Below are positions 38,284-47,828 of a stretch of DNA of 64,000 nt, piece after piece (positions within the stretch are counted from its first letter, which is position 1; each line of letters begins with the position of its first letter). Position numbers and translations under genes: made by a program. Below the pieces are notes generated by a model that was not told the origin of the DNA, made no database searches, and saw nothing but the letters and a program-made list of their open reading frames with translations. Source of the DNA: Candidatus Marinacidobacterales bacterium (GTDB lineage Bacteria; Acidobacteriota; Vicinamibacteria; Marinacidobacterales; DATDRI01); the NCBI GenBank assembly GCA_965226495.1, contig OZ245365.1, positions 2,976,001 through 3,040,000 on the forward strand, given 5' to 3'.

Positions 38284-39624
38284 ATGTCCACAAAGTTAAC
38301 GTTCGAACGAGGTTTTGGAGCAGCCCCTCGTAGAAGACTGGGTTCGCTGCGGCCGGGCCCTCTCATCCTCGGGATCCTGTTCACTGGAACCGTCATCCCA
38401 TCGGCCCGGTCGCAAGAGCCATTCCGACGGGTAACACTCGAACAAGCGCTCCAGATGTTTGAGGAGAACAATCTCGAGCTCCGTTTGGTCATGGCCGAGC
38501 GGGACGCGGCGGCCGGCCTCGCCCGGCAAGCCAGGGCGCACCCGAACCCAGTGGCCACGGTCACGCATGAAGGCCTGTCGGAAAGTGGCGCGGACTACTC
38601 AGAAAGTTATTTTCTGGCCAGCCAGCGCTTGGAATGGCCTGGCCACCGAGACGGGCGGATCGCGAGCTCGGACGGGGAAGCTGCCGTTGCCAGAATCCGC
38701 GCGGACGCCGAACGCCTGCGACTGACATTCGAAGTCAAGCGGAGCTTCTTTCAGGCAGCGGCTGCCGAAGAGCAGCTCGTCGTTATCGAAGGAGTCCGCG
38801 ACGTTTTTCGCACCGCGGAGGAAAGCGGTGGCCAGCGGTTTCGAGAAGGCGACCTCTCGGGCTACGACGCTCGCCGAATTCGAATCGAGCGAGCACGTTA
38901 CGAGATCCTCGCGGCGTCCCAAACGATCGCCCTCCGCAACGCCCGACTCTTGTTCGCCTCCCTCGTTCTCTCCGACTCTTCCGACGAAGGGCCTCCCAAC
39001 GTTGCGCCCTCCGCAGTGCCGGAGGGCTCTCCGCCTTCCATCACGGATCTCGACGAAGAAGTGGCCATCGAGCACGCTTTCGAACGGCGGGGCGAGATGC
39101 GAAGCGCCAAGGCGCAGATAGCCGCTGCCGAAGGCTCCGTGCGTCATCGTTCCTCCTTGCGTTACCCCGACGTGACCCTGACGGGGGGCTACAAAAGGCA
39201 ATCCGACGGTTTCGACGGTTTTTTCGTGGGAGCAAGCCTCCCTGTTCCCGTTTTTGATCAAAGGCAGGGCGATGTCGAAGCCGCCGAGGCCCGACTTCGC
39301 ACCGCAAACGCGCATTTCGCTCTGACGCAACGTACCGTCGCGAACGATGTCCGAAGAACCTTCTCCACGTATCTATCCCTCTCCGAACGCGCCGCATTGA
39401 TCCGTGACCAGCTTCTGAGCGGCGTCGACGATTTGCTGCTTATCGCGAGAGTGAGCTATGGCGAGGGTGAGATGTCGCTCTTGGAGCTCCTCGACGCCGC
39501 GAAGGCATATCGCGAGTCTCAGATCGCTTTCTCGGAGCTGACGTCGGAGCTCTGGATTCGTTACTACGACCTGGAACGGGCAATGGGAGGATTTTCATCC
39601 GTTTCATTGGAGGACCAACCATGA
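38284..39624 (+). CDS. TolC/CzcC family outer membrane efflux protein
   Basis: TLEQAL, HPNP, SLPVPVFDQRQG, SYGEGEMSLLELLDA. Confidence 0.9.
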   Translation: MSTKLTFERGFGAAPRRRLGSLRPGPLILGILFTGTVIPSARSQEPFRRVTLEQALQMFEENNLELRLVMAERDAAAGLARQARAHPNPVATVTHEGLSESGADYSESYFLASQRLEWPGHRDGRIASSDGEAAVARIRADAERLRLTFEVKRSFFQAAAAEEQLVVIEGVRDVFRTAEESGGQRFREGDLSGYDARRIRIERARYEILAASQTIALRNARLLFASLVLSDSSDEGPPNVAPSAVPEGSPPSITDLDEEVAIEHAFERRGEMRSAKAQIAAAEGSVRHRSSLRYPDVTLTGGYKRQSDGFDGFFVGASLPVPVFDQRQGDVEAAEARLRTANAHFALTQRTVANDVRRTFSTYLSLSERAALIRDQLLSGVDDLLLIARVSYGEGEMSLLELLDAAKAYRESQIAFSELTSELWIRYYDLERAMGGFSSVSLEDQP

Positions 39625-41141
39625 AGGCCATAACGGCAATGAAGGCGATTGGGCCCCGACTGCTGGCCCTTACCATGTTGGTCCTCGCGACGAGCATGGT
39701 AGCGTGCCGGGACCAAGCGTCGTCCAGCGAAGCAACGGAAGACCACGAGCACGGTGGCGGGGCGGCGATCACACTTTGGACCGAGAGCGTCGAGCTCTTC
39801 TTCGAGCATCCGCCACTGATCGCCGGAGAGCCCGGGGAGCCCTGGGGCATCCACCTAACCTTTCTCGATGATTTTCAGCCAGTGCGAGAGGGCAAATTGA
39901 CGCTCCGTTTCGTCGGAGCGAATCGAAGCGAGCACGCGGCTGTCGCGGAAGCTCCGGCACGAGAGGGCATCTTCACACCGGCTCCCTCGCTAGCCGATGC
40001 CGGCGTATACCGTCTATCGATGACGCTCGAAAGCCCGAGAGGTGTTAACGAGATTCCCGTCGGTGACATCACCGTTTTCGCATCGAACGCCGAGCTTCCC
40101 CACCTGGAAGAAGCCTCCAACGCGGGCATCTCGTTTCTCAAAGAGCAGCAGTGGACGATCCCCTTCGCCACCGCTCGAGCCACCGAGCGAAACATCGCGC
40201 ACTCGATCGCCGCCAACGGTGAAATCCTCCCCGTGCCGACCGCCATGGCGCGCGTGAGCGCGCCGGTCGAGGGTCTTGTTGGGGAAGAGCGCGACCTGCG
40301 GACGCCCATCCCCGGTACCTGGGTGGAAGCGGGTGCGCCTCTGGTCGTTTTATCTCCGGTGCCTCAGGAAAACGCCTTTGCCGCCCAGCGCGCGCGAGTC
40401 CAACGGTTGGAACGCGAAGTAGCGCGTGCGGAACGGCTGCACGCCGCAGAGGCCATCCCTGAGAAGCGGCTGGTCGAGGCGCGCCATGATCTGGCCGTCA
40501 GCCGCGCCGCGCTCAACGCCGTGGGAGGGAGCAGCGAGGATGGATATGCGCTGACGCTGCGGGCCCCCATCAGCGGTCTCGTCATCGAACGAAATGTGAC
40601 CCTTGGCGAGCGGGTGTCGGCCGGTGAAGTGCTCTACACCATCGTGGATCCCAGCACCATGTGGGTCCGCCTTCAAGTGCCCGCCCGCGAGGCATCTCGC
40701 GCCTCGGAGGCCACCACAGCATCATTCACCGTGGAAGGAAACGCGCGACTTTACCAGTCCGAGCGGATCGTCTCGGTGGGAGCTGTCATCGATCCGACAC
40801 GGCGAACGCTTCCGGTGATCGCCGAAGCGCGGAATCGAGACGGAAGTTTGAAGGTGGGCATGCTAGTCGAGGGGCGGCTCTTCCTTGCCGAGACGGCCCC
40901 TGGTATTGCGATCCCAAGCCGCGCCGTCCGCAACGAGGACGGCCTGAACGTCGCCTACGTGCAACTCGGCGGCGAGAGTTTCGAGCGCCGAGTGCTCACG
41001 CTCGGGCCCTCGGATGGTGAGTGGACTCAGGTAATGAACGGCCTCCGCCCCGCGGAACGCGTGGTCACCCAAGGTGCCTACCAGGTTCGCCTGGCGTCGC
41101 TCAACGCCGCGGAGATCGCGGATCACGGACATCCTCACTAG
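39621..41141 (+). CDS. RND efflux periplasmic adaptor (CzcB/CusB-like) with extra N-terminal domain
   Basis: Lipobox MVAC, DHEH, LRAPISG, LKVGMLV, C-terminal DHGHPH. Confidence 0.9.
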   Translation: MKAITAMKAIGPRLLALTMLVLATSMVACRDQASSSEATEDHEHGGGAAITLWTESVELFFEHPPLIAGEPGEPWGIHLTFLDDFQPVREGKLTLRFVGANRSEHAAVAEAPAREGIFTPAPSLADAGVYRLSMTLESPRGVNEIPVGDITVFASNAELPHLEEASNAGISFLKEQQWTIPFATARATERNIAHSIAANGEILPVPTAMARVSAPVEGLVGEERDLRTPIPGTWVEAGAPLVVLSPVPQENAFAAQRARVQRLEREVARAERLHAAEAIPEKRLVEARHDLAVSRAALNAVGGSSEDGYALTLRAPISGLVIERNVTLGERVSAGEVLYTIVDPSTMWVRLQVPAREASRASEATTASFTVEGNARLYQSERIVSVGAVIDPTRRTLPVIAEARNRDGSLKVGMLVEGRLFLAETAPGIAIPSRAVRNEDGLNVAYVQLGGESFERRVLTLGPSDGEWTQVMNGLRPAERVVTQGAYQVRLASLNAAEIADHGHPH

Positions 41142-41171
41142 CAGCAGGCTGGTGAAAAAGAGGACCCAGCC

Positions 41172-41262
41172 TGCGCGAGCGGAGCGAGCCCGGCCCGAGT
41201 GGGCCGTTGAGGCCGCGCGAGGAGCGCGGCCAGCGAGCGAACGAGGAGTGAGCGAGCACTAA
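41172..41262 (+). repeat. GAGC-rich structured repeat (copy 2)
   Basis: TGCGCGAGCGGAGCGAGCCCGGCC ... GCGAACGAGGAGTGAGCGAGCACTAA. Confidence 0.8.
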
Positions 41263-41264
41263 AG

Positions 41265-44200
41265 ATGGAACCCAACATGTTGGATAGGATCATTCGGTGG
41301 TCTCTGCAGAACCGGCTGGTGACGCTCTTTGGAGCAGGGGCGGTGCTGGCCGGCGGTATCTATGCCGCGGCGACGATTCCCATCGATGTGTTTCCCGACC
41401 TGACCGCGCCTACGGTCACCGTTCTGACCGAGGCCCACGGCATGGCCGCCGAGGAGGTCGAGCTCTTGGTCACATTCCCTATCGAGACGGCAGTGAATGG
41501 CGCCGCCGGTGTCAGGAGAGTGCGCTCGTCGTCCGCTCAGGGTATCAGCATCGTCTGGGTCGAGTTCGACTGGGGGGAGGAGATCTATCGGGCGCGTCAG
41601 ATCGTGGGTGAGAAACTTCAGACGCTGACCGCCCAGCTTCCCAGCGGGATTGGTCCACCGGTTCTCTCCCCCATTACTTCCATCATGGGCGAGATCTTGC
41701 TGGTAGGCATCACGAGTCGCCTGCACTCTCCCATGGAAGTCCGAACCGTTGCCGACTGGACCGTTCGCAAGAGGCTACTCGCTGTCCCCGGCGTGGCGCA
41801 GGTCGTTCCGATCGGAGGGGCCGTCAAGCAGTACCAAGTGCTGGTTCACCCCGCACGACTTGGGCTCTACAAGGTCGGGCTCGATGAGGTACTTTCTGCG
41901 GCCGAGCGTTCCAACGCCACCGCGTCGGGAGGTGTCTATCTAGACAGCGGACAGGAGATCCTGATCCGGGGCCTGGGCAGGGTGCGGACGCTTGAAGATA
42001 TCGAAAAGACCGTGGTGGGCCTCGCGGACGGCGTGCCGGTTCGTATCGGTGATGTCGCTGACGTGAAAATAGGCCCCAAGCCTCGCTTCGGCACCGCTTC
42101 GGTGAACGCCGAACCGGCGGTCGTCCTCTCCATCCAGAAACAGCCCAGTGCGAACACATTGGATCTCACCGAGCGGATCGACGAGGAGCTCGTCCGCCTG
42201 CAGAAAACCCTTCCCGAGGGAATGGAGATCGACCGTGGGATCTTCCGGCAGGCCGACTTCATTTCCCTCGCGATCGACAACGTCGTCGCCGCGCTCCGCG
42301 ACGGTGCTCTTATGGTGGTCGTCATCTTGTTCCTCTTCCTCTGGAACTTTCGCACCACTGCCATTTCCGTTCTCGCCATTCCGCTCTCGCTCGCTATCGC
42401 CGTCATCACCATGTTGCTGCTCGGAATCACCATCAACACTATGACCCTCGGCGGCATGGCAATCGCCATCGGGGCGCTGGTAGATGACGGGATCATTTTC
42501 GTCGAGAATGCGTTTCGACGCCTTCGGGAAAACTGGCACCTTCCCGAGAGCGAGCGGAAGGCGGCGCTTTCAGTTGTTTATGATGCGGCGAGAGAGATCC
42601 GCGCACCAATCCTCAAAGCAACCGTCATCATCTCCATTGTGTTCGTTCCCCTCTTCTTCCTCTCCGGAGTGGAAGGCCGTATGCTCCAGCCTCTGGGCTT
42701 CGCTTACATCGTCAGCATTCTGGCATCCCTGGTGGTAGCGGTTACCGTGACTCCGGTGCTCAGCTTGTTCCTCCTCACCGATGCCCGCTTTCTGGGTAAG
42801 CAGCGAACGAGCTGGCTGGAGGAACACTCGAAGCGGGCGTATTCGCGGGCGCTAAAGGTCGTCATGAGACATCCCAACGCGGTGACGTTTGCTGCGGCCC
42901 CGCTGGTGGTGGCGACCCTCGCCGTCTTCCCTTTCTTGGGACGGGGCTTCTTGCCGGAGTTCCAAGAGGGAACGCTCACTGTCTCCGCGGTGACCACGCC
43001 TGGAACGGGAATCGATGAGTCGGACGAGCTCGGTCGTCTGGTCGAACGAAAGATGCTCCAACACCCCGCTGTCGTTTCCACGGCGCGACGCACCGGTCGC
43101 GCCGAGCTCGACGAGCACGCCCAAGGAGTGAACGCCGCGGAGATCGACGTGCTTCTCGATCCGTCCAAAGGAGAGCTCGCCGAGATCATGGACGAGCTTC
43201 GAACTCGTCTCGCCGCCGTTCCCGGAACCAACATCACCATCGGTCAACCCATAGGCCACCGCATCGATCACATGCTCTCCGGCACACGCGCCGCGATTGC
43301 GGTCAAGATCTTTGGACCGGATCTCCATGAGCTCCGCCGCGTCGCGGAATCTGTGCGGGAAGCAATCCAGGATGTACCGGGGGTGGTCGACTTAGCGGTC
43401 GAGCAACAGGCCGACGTGCCGCAGCTTCGCATCGTGGCGAACCGTGACGCCATGAGCAAATACGGGGTCACACCCGGAAGCCTCGCCGATACGATCGACG
43501 TCGCCTTCTACGGTGAGCCAGTGAGTCAAGTGCTGGAGGGACAAAGTGCCTTCGATCTGGTGGTCCGCTTCGATGAAGCACACCGTGGAAGTGCGGAGAA
43601 AATCAGGAACGTCGTTTTGGGTACGCCGCTCGGCGTACAAGTCGAGCTGGGCTGGCTTGCCGAGATCTCGGAAGGTCGAGGGCCGAACAACATCAGCCGT
43701 GAGAACGTTCAGAGAAAAATCGTCGTGCAATCGAACGTGAGCGGCAGAGACGTGGCGAGCGTCGTCGAAGATTTCCGTCGCAACATTGAAGCGAGTGTCG
43801 TTATTCCGGACGGCTACTATGTAGAGTACGGTGGCCAGTTCGAAAGCGGTGAGGCCGCCGCGCGCGCGATCACCATCCTTTCTGCAGTGTCCATTCTCGC
43901 TATCTTCCTTGTTCTCTATCAGGAGTTCCACAGTGCCCGGACGGCCGCCCTCATCATGGTCAACCTACCTCTAGCACTCATTGGCGGGGTGGGGGCATTG
44001 GTCGCCTCGGGAGGCATGCTGAACGTGGCGTCCCTGGTCGGCTTCATCACGCTTTTCGGCATCGCGGTGCGAAACGGGATCCTGCTGGTGAGCCACTACA
44101 ACCGCTTGATCTCCGAAGGCGAACCTCTCCGAGAGGCGGTCTTCCGCGGTTCGCTCGAACGGCTAAACCCGATCCTGATGACGGCCCTCACCACCGCACT

Positions 44201-44381
44201 CGCGGTGATTCCCCTCGCTATCGGCGGTGGCGAGGCAGGCAAAGAAATCCAGGCCCCGATGGCCGTCGTCGTTCTGGGCGGACTTCTGAGCTCGACCGCG
44301 CTGAACATGGTGGTCGTGCCGGCCCTCTTCCTACGTTACGGACGACCTGCCCGAGCGGCAGACGTGCTCGGCGATGCGTAA
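41265..44381 (+). CDS. CusA/CzcA family heavy-metal RND efflux permease
   Basis: IDVFPDL, MTLGGMAIAIGALVDDG, RLNPILMTA; 1038 aa. Confidence 0.95.
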   Translation: MEPNMLDRIIRWSLQNRLVTLFGAGAVLAGGIYAAATIPIDVFPDLTAPTVTVLTEAHGMAAEEVELLVTFPIETAVNGAAGVRRVRSSSAQGISIVWVEFDWGEEIYRARQIVGEKLQTLTAQLPSGIGPPVLSPITSIMGEILLVGITSRLHSPMEVRTVADWTVRKRLLAVPGVAQVVPIGGAVKQYQVLVHPARLGLYKVGLDEVLSAAERSNATASGGVYLDSGQEILIRGLGRVRTLEDIEKTVVGLADGVPVRIGDVADVKIGPKPRFGTASVNAEPAVVLSIQKQPSANTLDLTERIDEELVRLQKTLPEGMEIDRGIFRQADFISLAIDNVVAALRDGALMVVVILFLFLWNFRTTAISVLAIPLSLAIAVITMLLLGITINTMTLGGMAIAIGALVDDGIIFVENAFRRLRENWHLPESERKAALSVVYDAAREIRAPILKATVIISIVFVPLFFLSGVEGRMLQPLGFAYIVSILASLVVAVTVTPVLSLFLLTDARFLGKQRTSWLEEHSKRAYSRALKVVMRHPNAVTFAAAPLVVATLAVFPFLGRGFLPEFQEGTLTVSAVTTPGTGIDESDELGRLVERKMLQHPAVVSTARRTGRAELDEHAQGVNAAEIDVLLDPSKGELAEIMDELRTRLAAVPGTNITIGQPIGHRIDHMLSGTRAAIAVKIFGPDLHELRRVAESVREAIQDVPGVVDLAVEQQADVPQLRIVANRDAMSKYGVTPGSLADTIDVAFYGEPVSQVLEGQSAFDLVVRFDEAHRGSAEKIRNVVLGTPLGVQVELGWLAEISEGRGPNNISRENVQRKIVVQSNVSGRDVASVVEDFRRNIEASVVIPDGYYVEYGGQFESGEAAARAITILSAVSILAIFLVLYQEFHSARTAALIMVNLPLALIGGVGALVASGGMLNVASLVGFITLFGIAVRNGILLVSHYNRLISEGEPLREAVFRGSLERLNPILMTALTTALAVIPLAIGGGEAGKEIQAPMAVVVLGGLLSSTALNMVVVPALFLRYGRPARAADVLGDA

Positions 44382-44417
44382 GCGGGCCGGGCAAACATTC
44401 TGCGCTAGCCCACTTCC

Positions 44418-44894
44418 CTACTCGACCCGCGTCATCACCAGCTGCGCCGTCGACGGCAGGTCGATGGTGACTTTGTCGCCTTCGACTCGATACTTAGCCC
44501 CGTCGAGGCTCGCCTCCGGCCCGTACCAAACCTCCGTCTCTTGAAACTCTTTCTTCGGATCCATGTGGAGCTCCATCTCCACCACCATGCTGATGGTATC
44601 CGGACCGGTGATTTCGTAGGTGCCGTGGTGCGCCTCCGCGAAGTCTTGGTTCCGTGGGTCACGGTTGAAGAACATGACGTGGAGCCAATGTTTCTTACCG
44701 AACATCATATAGCCGCTGGTTTTGTAACGGACTTGGCTGTCGGCTTTGACGTAGGATTCCATCGACCAAGTCCCTTCCAAATCCAGATTCCCACTCTCTC
44801 CGACCCCTACTCCGATACCAATCGCTACGAAGGCGAGAACCACCGCGAGCGTTACTATTCTCTTCACTTCATCCTCCTCGAAGTTTAGTTGCAA
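44418..44894 (-). CDS. Secreted lipocalin-like domain protein
   Basis: Signal-like helix; LEGTWSMESY, GYMMFG, EAHHGTYEI; resembles 24023-24436. Confidence 0.62.
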   Translation of the reverse strand: MQLNFEEDEVKRIVTLAVVLAFVAIGIGVGVGESGNLDLEGTWSMESYVKADSQVRYKTSGYMMFGKKHWLHVMFFNRDPRNQDFAEAHHGTYEITGPDTISMVVEMELHMDPKKEFQETEVWYGPEASLDGAKYRVEGDKVTIDLPSTAQLVMTRVE

Positions 44895-44897
44895 CTC

Positions 44898-46316
44898 TCA
44901 TTCGGATGTTGGAGCGGGAGCTCCTTGAAAAGCCAACTCACTCCGCTCGAACAGCCGACCGTTAAGAATGACGACTTCGATATCTCGAAGATTCCTGATG
45001 TCATCCAAAGGATTCCTATTTAGAACGACGATGTCCGCTAGCTTTCCCGCTTCGATCGTACCTAGCCGATCCTCGGCTCCGACCATCATCGCGCCGTTTC
45101 GGGTGCCGGCGACGATGGCATCCATTGGGCTAAGTCCGGACTCGACCAGCAGCTCGAACTCGCGAGGTACGTTGTAACCCTGCAAAGAATGAATGACCGC
45201 GCCTCCTGCATCGGTACCGACGGTAAGTCTGATGCCCGCATCGAAGAACCGCTTGGTGTTCTCCTTCATCGTCGCCAGCGTGTCTCTTGCCCACTGGACC
45301 GAATCCATCTTGAGGATTCCGTCCATCCCGGCCACCGCCTTCTCGAGGTTCTCTTCGTTTTGCAGAGTCTCGGTGACGAAGTCTGGAACGGAGGCCTTCA
45401 AGATAGCACTGTCCCAGAGCTCGGGCTCATCTAGGTATCGGTAGAAGGACTCGAAGAGAACGAGAGTCGGGGTGACGAAGATATCCGCCGCCGCGATTTC
45501 CTCAGGTAGCGGATCGTCGCTCGGCAGAGGGTCCTCTAGCATGTGAACGATGGCACGAGGTGATACCGCTACCGCGTCTCGATACTCTTTGGTGTCCATG
45601 GCGTGGATCATCAACGGCACCCCACCTTCGCGGCAACGCTCGGCAACGAGGGTCATCAACTCCGGGTCCAAGCGAGGAAAAACGTTCGATGCTCCTAAGC
45701 CATTCTCGTATATGACTTTGACCAGATCGATATCCGCTGCGAAGTGGCGGTTCAGACGCTCTTCTACTTCCTCGGGCGTGGCCACTCCGCCCCCATGCCG
45801 CCCGCCCCATCCGCCGGGCGCCGTGAAATGCTCTCCACCGGCGAAGATCCTCGGGGAAACGATCTCCCCGGCACGCTCTTGGTTCCGATGGTTCACGATC
45901 CAATCGGTATCTGGCGACGACAGGTTGATGAGGGTGGTGACGCCGTTGTAGAGGAAGGCCCTCGGATTATTGGCCAGCGCGACCTTCTTCTGATCGTCCG
46001 AGAGCCCGAATCCGTTAGTCGACATGAGATGGCCGTGAGCTTCGATGAGACCGGGAACCAGATACTTCCCGCTAGCGTCCACGATCTCGGCGTTCGCTGG
46101 GACCGACATGTCAGCGGCTCCCACTCTCTCGATGCGGTTTCCCCTAATAACTACAACGGAGTCCGCTTGCGGACCGGCTCCCGTGCCGTCGATGAGCGTC
46201 GCTCCCTTGATAACGAGGGCGGGTTCTCCGCTTTCCGGCTCGACCGGTGGGGCGGCACATGCAGCAGCAAGCGTCGCGGCACCTACGATGAGAGCCCATT
46301 GTGTTCTGCGAAGCAT
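44898..46316 (-). CDS. Amidohydrolase family lipoprotein
   Basis: PGLIEAHGH, VKV, IHA, VH, GTDAG, GKLAD. Confidence 0.9.
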   Translation of the reverse strand: MLRRTQWALIVGAATLAAACAAPPVEPESGEPALVIKGATLIDGTGAGPQADSVVVIRGNRIERVGAADMSVPANAEIVDASGKYLVPGLIEAHGHLMSTNGFGLSDDQKKVALANNPRAFLYNGVTTLINLSSPDTDWIVNHRNQERAGEIVSPRIFAGGEHFTAPGGWGGRHGGGVATPEEVEERLNRHFAADIDLVKVIYENGLGASNVFPRLDPELMTLVAERCREGGVPLMIHAMDTKEYRDAVAVSPRAIVHMLEDPLPSDDPLPEEIAAADIFVTPTLVLFESFYRYLDEPELWDSAILKASVPDFVTETLQNEENLEKAVAGMDGILKMDSVQWARDTLATMKENTKRFFDAGIRLTVGTDAGGAVIHSLQGYNVPREFELLVESGLSPMDAIVAGTRNGAMMVGAEDRLGTIEAGKLADIVVLNRNPLDDIRNLRDIEVVILNGRLFERSELAFQGAPAPTSE

Positions 46317-46326
46317 ATCTGCCTCC

Positions 46327-47724
46327 TCAGCTCGTCTTGTACGCGAAATCGGCCCGAGGATGTACCTGGCCGTCGCGAACGATGAGCTCGATTCGCCGTA
46401 CGTTTTCGATGTCTTCGAGAGGATTGGCTTCGAGAATCAGAAGATCCGCCAATTTTCCCGCCTCGATGGTCCCCAGGGTGTCCTGGACACCGATGATCTC
46501 CGCTCCGACCCGAGTGGCGGCCACCAGCGTCTCCATCGGGCTGAACCCACACTCGACGAAAAGCTTCATCTCCCAAGGCGTGTTGTAACCCTGAAAGTTC
46601 CAACCGACGCGTCCCCCGGCGTCAGTTCCTATCCCTTGCTTGATGCCCGCCTCGTGCATCTTGGTAATGTTTTCCTTGAAAATCGGAATCTTCTCCGCCA
46701 CCCAGTCATAAATGGCGTCGCCGGCAATCTTTTGGAAGCGTGCATGCTCTTCCTCCATGAAGTCGGGGCGCCGCATTCGATCCAGCAGAAAGGTCGGCAC
46801 TGTTCCCACCAGAACCGGATCGTCGAATCCCCCCGGCCGCTCGTCATAGTGGAGAAACGCTTCGAAGAGACTAACGGTCGGGATGACGGCGACATTGTTG
46901 TCTGCCATGTCTTGAAAAAGCGGGTCACCTTCCGGCAGGCGCTCCTCCAAACCGTGGACGATGGCGCGGGGTCGAATGGAAACCGCCTTTCGATACTCTC
47001 TGAGATTGATGGCGTGTACGTAAACCGGTACATCGTCCGCCGCGGCAGCTTCCGCGACGGCCTCGAGCATATCGTCGGGTATCAATGGAACGAGGCCAGA
47101 CTTGTCGGCGAGTCCATCTTCGATCACGATCTTGAAACCGTCAGTACCCCTAGCGATGTAGTCTGCGGCTCGCTGGCGAGCTGCTTCTGCATCTTTGACC
47201 GCGCCTCCGTGCTGGCTTCCCCACCCGCCTTCTGGTGCGAAAGAGCGTCCCATCGCGAAGATCCTAGGCGAGACGATGCTACCTTCTCTCTGCGCGGCGC
47301 GGCGTGCCCAAATCCACTCCTCCGTCGAGGATAAATTGAGAACCGTGGTAACGCCGTTGTAAAGCAGCGAGGTGCCATTGTGCTCGACGATCTGTTCTCG
47401 TTCTTCAGGTGAAATCTGATACGCGATGGGTGCGTCCAGATGGATGTGGGTGTCGATGAGTCCGGGGACGACGAATTTCCCCGTGGCGTCGACGACCGTA
47501 GCCCCGCGGGGCGCCTCGAGATCCGCCCCTATCGCCTCGATTCGGTTGCCGCGAATCCAGATGTTCGCGCCCACCTGTGGGGCGCCACCGGTTCCGTCAA
47601 TGAGAGTTGCATTCTGTATGAATACGCCTTCTTGCAGCGGCTCCGGCTCGCTGCTGCAGGCCCCAAGAGCCCCTACCAAGACGAGCAAACCCCCTAAAGA
47701 ACTACTTTTTACTCTTTTCATCAC
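46327..47724 (-). CDS. Amidohydrolase family lipoprotein
   Basis: LGAC lipobox; PGLIDTHIH, FKI, VHA, GTDAG; tandem paralog of 44898-46316. Confidence 0.9.
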   Translation of the reverse strand: MMKRVKSSSLGGLLVLVGALGACSSEPEPLQEGVFIQNATLIDGTGGAPQVGANIWIRGNRIEAIGADLEAPRGATVVDATGKFVVPGLIDTHIHLDAPIAYQISPEEREQIVEHNGTSLLYNGVTTVLNLSSTEEWIWARRAAQREGSIVSPRIFAMGRSFAPEGGWGSQHGGAVKDAEAARQRAADYIARGTDGFKIVIEDGLADKSGLVPLIPDDMLEAVAEAAAADDVPVYVHAINLREYRKAVSIRPRAIVHGLEERLPEGDPLFQDMADNNVAVIPTVSLFEAFLHYDERPGGFDDPVLVGTVPTFLLDRMRRPDFMEEEHARFQKIAGDAIYDWVAEKIPIFKENITKMHEAGIKQGIGTDAGGRVGWNFQGYNTPWEMKLFVECGFSPMETLVAATRVGAEIIGVQDTLGTIEAGKLADLLILEANPLEDIENVRRIELIVRDGQVHPRADFAYKTS

Positions 47725-47828
47725 CGACTTCCTCCTGTCCCCCCACCGCCCTCAGCAGCGGGAACCTGCAGATAGTAGCGGCCGCCAATATGCCTCGCTG
47801 CCAGTATCCATTTCGCCAGGCGGCGGCG

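Noticed and set aside
46045-47334. 429-aa plus-strand ORF, and similar long antisense ORFs such as 53102-54256 and 16920-17732
   Set aside because: Antisense shadows of well-supported genes, expected in GC-rich DNA.
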